NCBI RefSeq assembly: GCF_022539665.2
Contig: NC_081332.1
Coordinates: 2,604,001-2,668,000, forward strand
Source of the DNA: Daphnia carinata
Lineage: Eukaryota
Length of the DNA stretch: 64,000 nt
Direction of reading: 5' to 3'
The notes beneath the pieces are model-generated. The model had not been told where the DNA came from. It ran no database searches and was given only the letters and a program-made list of their open reading frames with translations. Shown piece by piece: positions 26,635 to 40,510 of the stretch. Position 1 is the stretch's first letter. Every line of letters starts with the position of its first letter. The position numbers and the translations under genes were made by a program.

Positions 26635-28155
26635 ATGTCGCAACCGGAACCGAATTCAACTTCTCGAGGGAAAACTCGAAGAGACGGAGGCAAACAATCC
26701 TTGTATAGACCAACACGGGACGAAAGAGATCGCTCGGGTTATAATTCAGGCTATCGTGGTAAAAGTAGACAAGCTGCTAATGTCGATGCTGCACCTCCTA
26801 CAATCCTTTTGAAAACAAGAGCCAACGATACTCGAAGCTTATCTCCTGTCCAACAGGTGAAACCTTCAGGATCATTGGCTAGCGGGGAAAATTTATCGAG
26901 AGATGCATTCAAGGTTCATGCAAGAAAAGATGCTTCAGACAATACAGCTGTGCTTAATATGTCGACCCCAGTCAAATTTCTCAGCGAGGATTTGATATTT
27001 CAGGACTCTCTTCACGATTTCCTTACCGACAATTGTGAGTTTCTAGTCATAGGTTGTGTTGGCCTACAGTGGTCTGGCAAATCATCTGTCCTTTCTCATC
27101 TAGCATCTTCAAAGTATGAAACAATTTTTATTCTTGTTGGTAAAGATGATATTTAATTTTCTGCCTCTATAGTTGTAGAACATTTGTAAAGCAAACAGTT
27201 TTCTCTGTTGCAACGTCAAGCCTCCAAATGAAAGGTTTATCTGGAACAATAGGACTGGATGCCTTTGTAACTGGAGATCGTATCATCTGGTTAGACTGCC
27301 AACCGTTACTTTCTGCAGCAATTGCAGAAAGGGAAATTGCCACAAATTACAACAAGTAGCAGATTTTATTCCAAGTTTATTGTGAAATTTTACCATTATC
27401 TTTCTTTTCAGAGATGGATATAAGGAGATTCATCCAAAATTGGAATCATCCTGTGTAGGAACATCGGTGGAGGTAGAATCACTGCAATTATTATCATTCC
27501 TCTACTGCATATGCCACATCCTTATTGTGGTGCAAGATTCACTGGGAGATCCAAACCTCATCAGGTCTGTCTTTTCTTTTCTTTTTTTCCACTGCTTTGG
27601 TCATTGACTAATTAAAATATGAAAATTCATTGCTGATCATGACAGGTTACTTCAAACAGCTGAAATGCTAAAACCAAATTTGGCCAATGATGACACTGTT
27701 GCCGACCATATGCCCCACTTGGTGACGATTTACAATCGGGCGCAACCGAGCGATCTTGTACCTGAGATGCTGAAACAAACTCACAAATTTTATAAAATGG
27801 CATTTAAGAAATCACGACTGCAGATATCAAGCGAACAGTTTGGTGATTTGCAGAAAACTGATGAAGCCAATTTTGTTTCATTACTTGATTGGACAGCTGC
27901 CAACAATCAATGGACAAGCTATGAGGAAACCATTCCATCTTTAAAAGCAAAATTGCTGGCTCTTCCCAGACATTCATTTGGTCCCACCGGCCTTACTGAA
28001 AAATCCTGGTACAGTAAAGATTCATTACTGATGTTAATTAGAATGTGGGTTAATAGTGTTTCTTTATTTATAAAAGGTTTTCCTTTGCCATCAAAGCTTG
28101 GGAAGCAGTAAGAAAATCCATGTTGATGATGGAATACGCCAGGTTACTGCAATAA
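26635..28155 (+). CDS. SMG9: Nonsense-mediated decay factor SMG9
   Basis: Disordered N-terminus, P-loop VIGCVGLQWSGKSS, RIIWLDCQP, LLSFLYCICHILIVVQD, RLLQTAEMLKP, LTEKSWF..AWEAVRKS..EYARLLQ*; five exons. Confidence 0.93.
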
Positions 28156-28422
28156 ATGAACCTATTTAGCCGATAACCAGATTCAAATAAAAAAGAAACT
28201 TGTCTGCAGATAGGTGGTTTTATTTTCCTTTACAGGATCTCGTGCGATTTCTAGTTTTTTCTTCTATTTGTAAGAAGCCAGGAAGCGGGTCAAATCCAAT
28301 TCACCAGCACCAGTTTGTGGTTGTTTATTCGTTAAAACCGACTTTTGTTACAATGTAAACTAAGCCACCACCAAGAACAACTGATGAGAAGGATATTTTC
28401 CTCACAGTTTGCTATAAAACGG

Positions 28423-31400
28423 CTATAAAGGCAGGAGTTTGGTAAAGTCGATTCCTGGCAAATTCGCACAAGGGACCGGTTTGTTTAGGAAGCTGAAAGA
28501 TGAACGAATACATCCAGATGAAGCAATCGAGGAGTCATAAGAAAGAAAAAGAGAAAGAAAGAATAAATAGAAGTCTCTTTAGAGGGTAGCAGCACCGACT
28601 AAGATTAAGGAACTAAAAATGAATCGATTGATGTGAAAAGAAGGCCTTCTATGCCAAGGAAGAGCATTAATGAGTCAATAAAGAAAGAAGAAAAAAGACT
28701 ATGAACGTACTTGTCTGGAATCCGGAAGGCTTTCGGCTGTATGTCGGTGATGGTACCATCGCTATTATCGCAAATAATTTTGGCAAGGGATACTTTTTGA
28801 ATTTCGGCAAATTGACCTAAACAGATACGTATAATTAGAATTGGCATGAAAAGGCCGGAGGTAATTGTAATCCACGACACTTCCTAATATTGTCAATGGC
28901 AAACTGAAAAACTTACTTCTGCTCAAGTAAAGGCTGCTACCAATGTTCCAAGTGTAGAAGAAACGATCGGCTCGTTTCAAGTTCACAAACTGCATTGCAA
29001 AAAGGCTGGCAAAAGTTGGTCCAAGTACAGCATTCGGTAAAGGTTTTTCACTGACACCACCAACGAATAAATCAATGTCACGAGCATGAGCGTACACGTT
29101 TTTCATTGCAGAAACCACCTGCACATTGGTATAAAACACTTTGGATGTTATAAATAGATACAGTAAACATAAAGACAAAAACAACAAGACTCACCTCCAG
29201 GGGAATTCGGGGTACAAGTTGGTCAAATGTGAACGGAAAAGACGATTGTAAGTAACTGCCTGTTATATAGTTTATCATCTGGGTGTAAGTGAACAAGCCG
29301 TGGTCTCTTCCACGTTGAATATTCAACGAAATCAAATCAAGTCCCAGTCTTTGGCCGGCTGGTCTAAGTTTTTGCCCCGTCATGAAACGTAAGTTTAGTA
29401 CAACACCATAAAGAAAGTAGCCGTATCTGAAACAACAAGTTACTTGAAAAGCTGGCTGGTAATGTCATCGGCGAAACAGTTGTCAACTGCCTGAGCAGGA
29501 GTCTGGATCAGGCCACGTAGAGCATTGTCGAAAAAAGTACGACTCAGAACTCTTTGGGGTTCATTAAATGAATCTGACAGTAAATAGCTTTGATCGTCGT
29601 CTCTTCTTCCATCACTCTGGAACAACCTATTTGGAAAAGAGAATGCTGTGGGAACGGACAGGAATTCCATTTCAGCAGGGATGGTTTTACCTGACAAAAC
29701 TCCTCAACTGAGAATGGCCCATGCGGAAAGCGGCTGTTGAAAATTCAGTGAAAATGGCAGGGTTCACGTAGGAGTTGTAGTAATACTCTGGTGAATTCAC
29801 CTGGGCAGCCAATTCCGGACCTGTAAGAGAAGTACATAGAGCAGAGTATAGAAACGATGGCTGCCACAAGTCTTGTTCGAATCATACCAATCATAACAGG
29901 CAAATATTCGTTGTAAATAATGTGTTGCATTTCCGCAATCACCAAACGCCTGGCTTGCTGATAGTAGAATTCAGACGATTGACCAGGAGCCACTCGATAC
30001 AGAGCATCCGCAATACGATTGTGCTCACGAACCCAAATCGTGTGCATGACAGTTAGCAAAGGCTGTTCGTTGACTCTGTCATCACCTGTTTGAAAATGGT
30101 ATCATGACACTAAATTGAAGTCATCCACGGGAGAGAAAAACAGGGCTGACCTGCATCGAAGCATGTCGAAGTACAAACGTTGGGCCAAACAGCCCCAGCA
30201 CCTCCAGGACAACAATTAGGACCAGGTGGCAAAAATTGGCGACCATTGATGACGCTCACTTTTAATTTGCCATTAGGTGACGATGAATCTCGCAGGGCTG
30301 CCGCATGAGTTGCAGAACTGCCATAGACATTTGAACCATCAATCCAGTGCGTTAGGGCGTTAACCTGGGTAACAAGGTATGTTTACATGTTTGTTTTCTT
30401 CCAAGGACATCTGATTAATAGCAATCAAAACTTATAACGAGATGCTGCTCCCAAAAGTGCCTGGTTTAAAAGTATTTGCATGAGGAATGAACTTACGTGT
30501 TGTCGTTGTTGTGGTACGTTGCCGTTAAGATCTTTGCCGTACGTAGAGCGAACAAAATTCATACACGTCACGCTAGGTGAACTGGGATCTGGATTGTATT
30601 TCATATCGTTGGTAGGAACCATGATCGGTGCACACTCAAGATGAGGAGGGGGTGACACGACGCTGCCTGTCTGTGCTCGTGAACAACACTCGAAAGCAGA
30701 TCCATCGCCTAGGTTTGTGCAAGACAAGTTTTGTGATTTCAAATGTGCAGTGACAAAGTTACTTTTATATTCTTAATACGTACTCTTGGTAAAGGTCGGC
30801 GTAAGAGTGAGGTCGTGATCGAGAAACTGTCCCCATTGCATCGTGAGTAAAGTCACGCTGGGGTCAGGCACAGTGTCGTTGAGAACAATCGTTGTCGAGA
30901 TAAGTCGCGGGCTGGGTAGTGGTTGACCGTATACAGAAGTTCGAAATTGGCCCACATCTATGCATTCGCATCGCACAAAAGACATTAAATATTTATAGAT
31001 ATTTTCATTAGAAATTATCATATGTACTCACTGTCTGCGTAATACGAGAAGCCGAATAATCGCTGAAAGATTGTGCCAGCTTGTCCGAATCTGGGTTGGT
31101 AATTGCTGTTACATGAACCGTCTATTGTGCGGAATTTGGAACTGAAGTCACACGGCGCAAGAGGAGGAAGTTCAGCCTGTCTATCTGTGACATTGGATGA
31201 CGCAGCCAATCTACTAATCGATCCAATTTTCCCTGCCGGAATTCCCAATCTATTTAAGGAAGACGTCGTTATGAAATTAATGAAAATTAGTTTTTTTTAA
31301 TAGGCTAAGAAAACTGGAAAATGAACTGACTGGTCACTCAAGTATTGTCGGGCCACGTAATCAACAGCGGCTTCTTTAGATTGAGCCATAGCGGAGGGAT

Positions 31401-32093
31401 TGTGTCGTACGAAAGAGAAACGTGCCGAATACTTGGCACCGGGCGACAATAAGGTACCACCATTTTTATCAGAAGTGCCTTGAAGCATGAATCGATTTTC
31501 ATCCTCTTTAGCTATACGCTGTTCCAGCTGCTTCCATTCTTCTACGTATTGTCGGCCAAATCGTACAGCCTCTTCAATTTGCGCCTTCGGAATGCTGGCT
31601 ACGATTTCGTCGGCCTCTTGTTCTTCTTTCTTGGCGGCCACGGCGAGAGCATCGAAACGTTCGATGAGGGTCGCCAAATAATTTCTGTCTAATTCTGTTC
31701 ATAACAATTGGTAATAGTGAAACATTTTTTGTCTTCCTGTCACATCTCATGTTAATTGGAATTTCTGCTAATTATTTAGAAGTCAAACTTGAGCAATTTA
31801 GTTTTTACCTTCAATATTCGCTCGCGCATCAAGTACCGGCTCCTTCACTTTGTTCGCAACCTGTTGGTAAGTCAAAAATATACTTTTTCTTTCATTTCAA
31901 TCTCGGGTGAAGTAATCCTACAATACTATGTTCACCCAAATTGTCAAATTCTTTACATTCTATGCTTATCATGGGCACTTGTGTTACCGACTTGGAGTTT
32001 GGTACTTACCGATTGGCTGGCCAAAGCATTTGCGAGCATCAGTATAATTAAAGTGTGGCATGGACAGCGGCCTGCGATAATCGTTCGAAGCAT
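28423..32093 (-). CDS. Secreted animal haem peroxidase (chorion peroxidase/peroxinectin-like), copy A
   Basis: Signal peptide [104 protein letters not shown]; ends [10 protein letters not shown]. Confidence 0.93.
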
Positions 32094-34023
32094 TTTCGCG
32101 TTTTTCGACGACGTTACTGCCTATTTCACCGTTGCAGGATATATGGCAGCTTTTGAACGATTCACTATGATTCACACAGGCCAATATATATATATCCCAC
32201 TTCCTAGCCATTTCATGCCAGTACCTAATCGAGCGGAGGAGAAGCGCACCAATTTCCAATTAAAAATGAAACAGCTGTATATACTGAGTTCGTGCTGCAC
32301 AATATTTGAATTCGAGAGACCAGATGTAATTAAACTCGATTAATTGGTTCAAATATTTGGTTATGGGGCAACGTTACTGCACCAGTTCCATTAATAAGTA
32401 AATATCTGCCAGCAGTCTATAGCACATAGGGGTATGCTTACCCGTGGGGCATTGTCCTAAGAGGACTGTGTTTTACCACCACTTAGTTACACCGTAATAC
32501 CTTTTCCATCTGTAAGCGAGAGTTCCTTTAGTCGGTCAATATTTTCTAAGTGGTTCCTATACGAGTTGAAGGTGAGGGGTCAGTCGGGTCGAATTCCATA
32601 CTTTTAGATACAACCGTTTGCAGTATGCAACAGATGCAGTGTAAACATTGACAATATTGCCAAACGCAAGTAAACTACACGTGCAGACCTAGCCTAGTGG
32701 CAACAACATTGCCCCGCATCCAAATATTTGAACCAATTAATCGAGTCCCAACAGAGAAATGGATTTGGTCTCTCGAATTCAAATATTGTGCAGCACGAAC
32801 TCAGTATATACAGCTGTGTCGTTTTTAATTGGAAATTGGTGCGCTTCTCCTCCGCTCGATTAGGTACTGGCATGAAATGGCTAGGAAGTGGGATATATAT
32901 ATATTGGCCTGTGTGAATCATAGTGAATCGTTCAAAAGCTGCCATATATCCTGCAACGGTGAAATAGGCAGTAACGTCGTCGAAAAACGCGAAAATGCTT
33001 CGAACGATTATCGCAGGCCGCTGTCCATGCCACACTTTAATTATACTGATGCTCGCAAATGCTGTGGCCAGCCAATCGGTAAGTACCAAACTCCAAGTCG
33101 GTAACACAAGTGCCCATGATAAGCATAGAATGTAAAGAATTTGACAAGTTGGGTGAACATAGTATTGTAGGATTACTTCACCCGAGATTGAAATGAAAGA
33201 AAAAGTATATTTTTGACTTACCAACAGGTTGCGAACAAAGTGAAGGAGCCGGTACTTGATGCGCGAGCGAATATTGAAGGTAAAACTAAATTGCTCAAGT
33301 TTGACTTCTAAATAATTAGCAGAAATTCCAATTAACATGAGGTGTGACAGGAAGACAAAAAATGTTTCACTATTACCAATTGTTATGAACAGAATTAGAC
33401 AGAAATTATTTGGCGACCCTCATCGAACGTTTCGATGCTCTCGCCGTGGCCGCCAAGAAAGAAGAACAAGAGGCCGACGAAATCGTAGCCAGCATTCCGA
33501 AGGCGCAAATTGAAGAGGCTGTACGATTTGGCCGACAATACGTAGAAGAATGGAAGCAGCTGGAACAGCGTATAGCTAAAGAGGATGAAAATCGATTCAT
33601 GCTTCAAGGCACTTCTGATAAAAATGGTGGTACCTTATTGTCGCCCGGTGCCAAGTATTCGGCACGTTTCTCTTTTGTACGACACAATCCCGCCGCTATG
33701 GCTCAATCTAAGGAAGCCGCTGTTGATTACGTGGCCCGACAATACTTGAGTGACCAGTCAGTTCATTTTCCAGTTTTCTTAGCCTATTAAAAAAAAACTA
33801 ATTTTCATTAATTTCATAACGACGTCTTCCTTAAATAGATTGGGAATTCCGGCAGGGAAAATTGGACCGATTAGTAGATTGGCTGCGTCATCTAATGTCA
33901 CAGATAGACAGGCTGCACTTCCTCCTCTTGCGCCGTGTGACTTCAGTTCCAAATTTCGCACAATAGACGGTTCATGTAACAGCAATTACCAACCCAGATT
34001 CGGACAAGCTGGCACAATCTTTC
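31065..34023. repeat. Large inverted repeat: arms ~31065-32322 and ~32765-34023, spacer ~440 bp
   Basis: Mirror-image ORFs (31297..31677 vs 33410..33790). I counted about 13 differences by eye over ~1.26 kb, introns included; weaker similarity extends to ~32380/32700. Confidence 0.97.
32893..32902 (+). promoter_or_regulatory. TATA-like box of peroxidase B (mirror copy near 32186-32195 for copy A)
   Basis: Alternating TA run ~95 bp upstream of each ATG, inside both palindrome arms. Confidence 0.45.
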
Positions 34024-36622
34024 GGCGATTTATCGACTTTAGCAATTACGCAGACAGTGAGTACCAAAGTCGCCTCAAGTCCAACCACAAGCTTTTCTAG
34101 TGAATTTCGTAGTTGTGACGGACTGCGTTTTATCCATTTGGCTTATGTAGATGTGTCCAAGTTCCGGAACTCTGTATACGGGAATCCATTACCAAGCCCA
34201 CGCCTCATCTCCACCACTGTTATGGTGAACGACACTGTGCCCGATCCCAGCGTGACTCTACTAACGATGCAATGGGGACAGTTTCTCGATCACGACCTCA
34301 CTCTTACTCCAACGTTCACAAAAAGTAAGTTTTCCAGTGGTCTTCTTCTGATCAGTTTGTGTATAATATTATTCCTGTTCCATTCTTTGATGGCTTGATC
34401 ACGGTTCCTGCTGAAATTAAATCAATCTCATCAAAAAGGTGATGGATCTGCTTACCAATGCTGCTCACGGGAACAGACGGGCGTTGACGTTGTTCCACCT
34501 CACCCTGAATGTTCTCCAATCGCCATTCCTAGAGGAGATAAGAAATATGATCCATCGGACACCAGTCAAGTCACTTGTATGAACTTTATTCGCTCCATTT
34601 TCGGCAAAGATCTCTACGGAAACACACCAAGGCTGCGGCACCATGCAAGTTCATTTATTTCCCCATCTTGCTGTCGAATCCTGGCTTGGATTCCTAGTTC
34701 GAAGGTCTCTGCTGATAAAAATGTTCAAATTATTACTCCAGGTGAACAGTCTTACGCATTGGATCGACGGTTCAAACGTCTACGGCAGTGACGAAGCCAC
34801 AGCACAGAGATTGCGAGATCCTATTGGCAATGGTCGGATGAAGGTTTCATTCAATGGCGATCGCCAGATGCTACCAGTGAAACCTGATTGTTGCAATGCT
34901 CCCATTCCTACGGGTGGAACCTGTACGGCCATATGCTTTGATGCAGGTTGGTCCGTTTTTACGACCATCTCCTTGAGTTGCATTATAAGAACATTTTCAA
35001 TTTATTTACCAGGTGATGAGAGAGTGAACGAGCAGCCCTTACTCAGTTTGATGCACACGATTTGGGTTCGCGAGCACAATCGCATCGTGGATAACTTGCA
35101 CATCGTAGCACCGTTCCAAACGCCCGATTTCTACTACCAACACGCTCGCCGCATCGTCATCGCCGAAATGCAGCACATCATCTACAACGAGTACTTGCCC
35201 GTCATGATTGGTATTTTTCTAAATTTATAATTTCACTTACTTTCATGTTAACCACGTCATTTTTTCCCGATTAGGTCCGGAAAGGGCTGCCCAGGTCACG
35301 AGTGAGGAGTTCACGTATAACAAATATACCAATCCAGCCATTGCCACGGAATTTTCTACGGCCGCTTTCCGCATGGGTCACTCTCAGTTGAGGAGCTTCA
35401 TCAGGTAGTGAAAACTGCATGTCAAGGAACAACCTCAGACTAAATCAATTGCACCACATTAGATTGTTTGAGAAGAATGGACAACACAGCAAAGACAGCT
35501 ACACACTGTCCGACTCGTTTGATGAGCCCTTCAGGATGCACCAACCAAATTTCATGGACAACGCACTACGAGGACTCCTACAAGTTCCTGCCATGGCGGT
35601 TGACAACTGTATGGCCGACGATATCACTAGTCAACTATTCAAGTTATTATTCCTATTACGTCTTACTAGCTATTGCACTTGATTCAACGAAAGGCAACTC
35701 AAATCGTTTGAATTTTTACAGGCCAAAAGGGAAAACACTTGGACTTGACTTGATTTCATTAAACATTCAACGAGGAAGAGATCACGGTTTACCTCCCTAC
35801 GGCTTAATGGCCTACTATTTGCTTTCGAATTCCGGATTACAAACATACCCAAATCAGTTTGATGATTTGCTACATAGAATGCCAGTCGAGGCACACGATT
35901 ACTTTGTTTTCAAGAGGAGAATTTCCAATTCATAACGTCATTTTGCTTTTCATGCAGGCCGTCAATGCACTCAGGTCGGTTTACAGTAACGTGGGTGACA
36001 TCGACTTGTTCATCGGCGGAGTTGTTGAAACGCCTTTGCCCAACGCTGTACTGGGACGCACATTTGCCGGTCTTTTTTCATTGCAATTTTTGTATTTACG
36101 ACAGGCTGATCGCTTCTTCTACACGTCTAACATTGGCCAACCCTACGCCCTAACTTCAAGTAACTGAAACTTTTTCGTTTTCTCAAACCGTGGACTGGCA
36201 ACGATACAACACTTGCGACATCCGGTACTTAAAATTCAACGTTGTTTTTTTCTTTGATTCTTTTCAGACCAATTGGTCGAAATCGAAAAAGTTTCGTTGG
36301 CAAAAATTATTTGCGACAACAGCGACGGTTCAATCACTCGTATCCAACCGAAAGCCTTCCGAATTCCTGACGAGTACGTATCGAATTTTCTCCCCCATTT
36401 TTCGAACTCGCTATTAAGTCATAATTCACTTTCATCATTACTGGAATTCACTTATTCAGGATTAAAACTTAATAATAAGCCCAATACTTAATTACTAACC
36501 GACATTTTCTTCTACTTTTCGGTACGGATAACTCGGTTGATGGCCACCTCAGTTTGTTAAACAAGCCCGTTTCATGCAGTAGTTTGGCAGGAATCGACTT
36601 TGCCAAATTCTTACCGCTCTAA
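32995..36622 (+). CDS. Secreted animal haem peroxidase (chorion peroxidase/peroxinectin-like), copy B
   Basis: Same exon structure and motifs as copy A ([32 protein letters not shown]); ends GIDFAKFLPL*. Two introns appear to start with GC. Confidence 0.9.
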
Positions 36623-38149
36623 CCACTCCATACAGAAGCGTGAATATGTTCGGAGACTGATCTAGCCCAATCGTGGTTTCTTTTCCTTGGTGGTTGCGGG
36701 TTAATCAACACAGTATTCATGTATGAAGAAGAGGTTTAAGCAAATAAACCGGTTGCGGAGAATTCTGCATTTTAAAAATTATCTTTAGTTATACTTAGAG
36801 TACAGTTTTCGCTTTCCCTCCCACAGAATGTGTCTTAGTTAGTTCAACTGTCCTTCATTCCTGATTCGTAAATCCGTCGCTGTTATCATAAGCAGAAAAA
36901 TGCTGAATTTTTCAATCCGTTGCCAACCCGTGCTACCTGAAGATTTCCCAATCCAAAACTCGTGTTCTCGACAGTTCACAACCCACCCAAATGGGGACTT
37001 GTGAGCTGACTAGTCTAGAAGGGCAACGCAGTAGAACAATGGATACACAGCTATACATCTAACCAAGTAACTCGACAGAAAAAATCACGGTACCTGCTAT
37101 AGGTGTTTCCTTTCAACGAAGCTGGTTGCAGTATGCCATTGGCCATTGATCATGCCGAGTTCCCTTTTCTGTTTTCTGGGTGTATCTAGATCAATCAAAA
37201 ATGAATAAGTCAGTATGCTATTAGTAGGAGATGAAATGAAAATTTTTACTTGGTGTAGATGTAGTAGTGTTGCGGTGTTACTCAATTTTCACGGTCGGTG
37301 GTGTTACAGTTTGTGATGGTGCCTCATGTAAGAGTACAATCTGTTGCTGCCAAACTGCGAGGCAAAAGTCAAAAATACAATACCATTTAAAGTGGTATGT
37401 ATGTATGAAGAATATTTACCAAAGCAATTCCAAATGGTTAGCTACTTCTGTGAAACATTTGGGAGTAAGATTTTCACAGAATATGCATGAACAGGCGAGC
37501 CCGACGCATTCATCTTCTGGCATTCTCTAGTGTACTTTATGCAGAGCACTCAGGTATTGAGCGTCAACTTAAGATCTAACAGATGAATTGGCAGAAATAA
37601 ATAATTAAGTTTTGCATAATAAGTAAATTTTAAAAATTATTACGGATAATTTGAAATGCTTCCAACATTCAGGGCGATTCGTGGTTTTTTGCTTCTTTAA
37701 TTAATTGCATGATTTCACTTGCCAAAAAGAATCTCATATGTATAAGAGTTAATTTCTCATATACATACGAGTCCACAACTTCCTAAATGGTAAAATTCTT
37801 CAAAATGAAATTACATAGAAAAATAGCATAGCAGTGCCAGAGTTCAACTGAAAGTTGCTGCTTTCTGAAACAAAAAAAAGCGGATTTCAAATGCTTCATT
37901 TTCTTAACTAGAAATATGCTTTACCATTTGTTGAACCAATTGCCTAATAATTGGACGAAAAATACCGAAAATTTTGTTAATTATGCACGCAAACCAAAAA
38001 TCTATAGATATATTCTTTAAATTGAAAGCAAAAATTAACAGGCCGTTTTGAACCAAAACGGCAAATGAGAATGAATTAAATTCTTCTCGGTGATCAAATA
38101 CTGATGCTTGAACTCTTAGGTGAACACGAATGTAAACTCCTGGTAGTGA

Positions 38150-40510
38150 TTACTCAACTGTAACCATTAACTTGATTCGCTTAGCCTCCGGTTGCGCGGA
38201 TGATTTATGATCAGTTGAAATCAAGTTCTTCTTTAATATTTCGTTATCAGGCACATTTGGCGTCACGAAGTCGAAAATTGAATCCATTTTTGTGAGTTCT
38301 CTGAGCGCCATCGTTGCGTACACTGAAGAAAGTAGGTCGAATTCGATCACCAGTCCGAGGAAAGCGCCATCTAAAGTGTACAGGTTTTCATACTACGATT
38401 CATTGTGCAACCCAATAAAATTAATTTGATCTATATCAAATACTAAACTAGCCCATGACGGGCATGCCTATGAATTACAAAGCACTATAAGAAAATCGAA
38501 TATACTTTCAATAAGATTAGGCTTTTCCTTTTTCCTCAGTCGATCCATGTCCGACCAAACAAGTGTCTCTGTGGGATTATTATAACGTATGAAGTACCAA
38601 ACAATGTCGAAGGGCTTCGACACGACGGGTCGGTATTCGACGTCGACGCTGTACGTCCTTTGAAAAAATTATAAAATTTAGATGAATATATAAAAATGTG
38701 TGTAACATTAGATGGCTGATCTGTACTTGATGGCCCGTTTCAAATCGCTCTCTGACAATCCATCCTTGAGTAAAAAATTGGTATAGTAACTTGCTACTTC
38801 GTTACGCGGGTAAATGCCATCAGCCCCAGGAAGTGGTAGTATAACATCATTGATGGTATAATTTTGAATATTGCCTTTGTCGAGCAAAATGATTTTCCGC
38901 TTGAATTTTTCTGTACTGCCATTTTCTCGGTGATAAGCGTAGACCAAGTCTCCTATTATTGGCTCCATTCCGAATTCGGTAATACGTTTTGACACGATGT
39001 TGTTCCATAGGAAACGCAAATAGGCCTGTACGTAAATATGTAACCTGCTGGATGGAATCTGTTGCGGTAATAAATATCCGTTATTATTAACCAAAATACA
39101 ACCGAAGAGTAGAACTAGAATACATTACGGATTGGATCATGCGGTGGACGTTCTTTCTTCGGTTCTTTATATAATAGAGGAGTTGACATTCGATTGAGGT
39201 ACATGCGCCCGACGGTACGCTTTCTAAGGCTAGTAAAGCATCCCCCGACGTTTTGTATTTCACAAGCGCTGCATACTCTTCGCCAGTTACATCAACCGGA
39301 TCAATAGCAGAAGGTTCTAACATAAGATTAATGACCTAAAGTAAAAACTATAATTCACCAATTTTTGCTTTATTTCTTCTAGTAACCAATTATTTACTCA
39401 CATCCTGCCAGCTTCCTTTTAATACGCATTTGCCAACTAAATGCAAAGGTGCTTCACGACTTCTTCCGAAACATTCTGTATCATAATAATTAATGAAGCC
39501 GTTGATTTTCAGCGACTCCAAATTTGCTTTGATTACACTGGCATCTCCCATCACCTGCCGGAGCGCAATCGTGTAATGGCTGCCCTAGTTAGATACAAAC
39601 TAATAAGGCAAATATTCAGAATAATATTAATTGCCTTACAATGCGATGACCTGGCTCAAGTGGTTTCTTGGTAAATTCGAAGTTTCCAATAATAACATTT
39701 GATCGTAAGCCACCCACAACATGTAAAGGACTCCAGTCAAATGCAGTTACCAACTGACTTGTGCTGGCTCTTTTTGGTAGGTCGCCGGCAGTGAAAAAGT
39801 TAGTCTTAAAGCCACTGCCGTCAAACGAGAAATTACTAATGTGACTACATGCGTTGACTTCCAAGAAAGAAATAGTTACTTTCGTTTTCGGCTACGTTGC
39901 AATCTCGCTAAGGCTGTCGCCGTGCTTAGATTTTCCTTGTATAAAACAAACTGTGTATACAAGGCAGAATGAGAAGGTTCCCGAATTCTGGGCTTTACAT
40001 TTTCTTGCTTCGAGATTTGTAGAACGTTACAGGAAGTTTTGAAGCAAAGTCCTTCATATTTCACGGAGAGAACTCTTGCTAGATTCTGTCGCTTATCTTT
40101 ACTTTTGCCACTAACATCAATTTTAATCGTTAGAGGCAGTTCATTCTTTATCATGCCATCAATTTCGTTCCATTGATCAGCAGTTAATAGTTGATATTGT
40201 TCATAGAGAGAAGGATACACTCTTGTCTTTTTTTTAGGAAAAACCATAACATCTGGCAGTGTTCTATCGGTTAAGTGGATTTCTTTTCCATCCATACCGA
40301 TTTCATGAACCTGTAACAACAATATTCAAAAGCATGTTATAAAGTAACATCTATAGCCAAAGATAGAGAAAAAGATGAGTTTCTCAATCTTTACCATCAC
40401 CTCACAAAAAATTTTACTGTTATTACCTGAAAGTCAGAGAACTCGCAAACAGCTGAAAATCCTTTTCTATGTGAAACATATTGAATAATACCCACTTCTT
40501 GAGCATTCAT
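38150..40510 (-). CDS. Divergent PUS7/TruD-family pseudouridine synthase homologue, catalytic motif degenerate
   Basis: EVGIIQYVS..GFS..SDFQ|VHEIGMDG, QFVLYKEN, GSHYTIALR, GFINYY, IYVQAY..LWNNIVSKRI, YTINDVILPLPG, FDLLSSVYATMALRELTK are collinear with PUS7; AGTKDKRA is replaced by AGDLPKRA. Confidence 0.85.

Noticed and set aside
31789..33338. Duplicated hydrophobic ORFs 31789..32343 (+) and 32694..33338 (-)
   Set aside because: Antisense shadows over the peroxidase promoter, exons 1-2 and introns; duplicated only because of the palindrome.
31065..34023. Palindrome as transposon terminal inverted repeats or foldback element
   Set aside because: The arms are host gene exons and introns; no transposase or target-site duplication.
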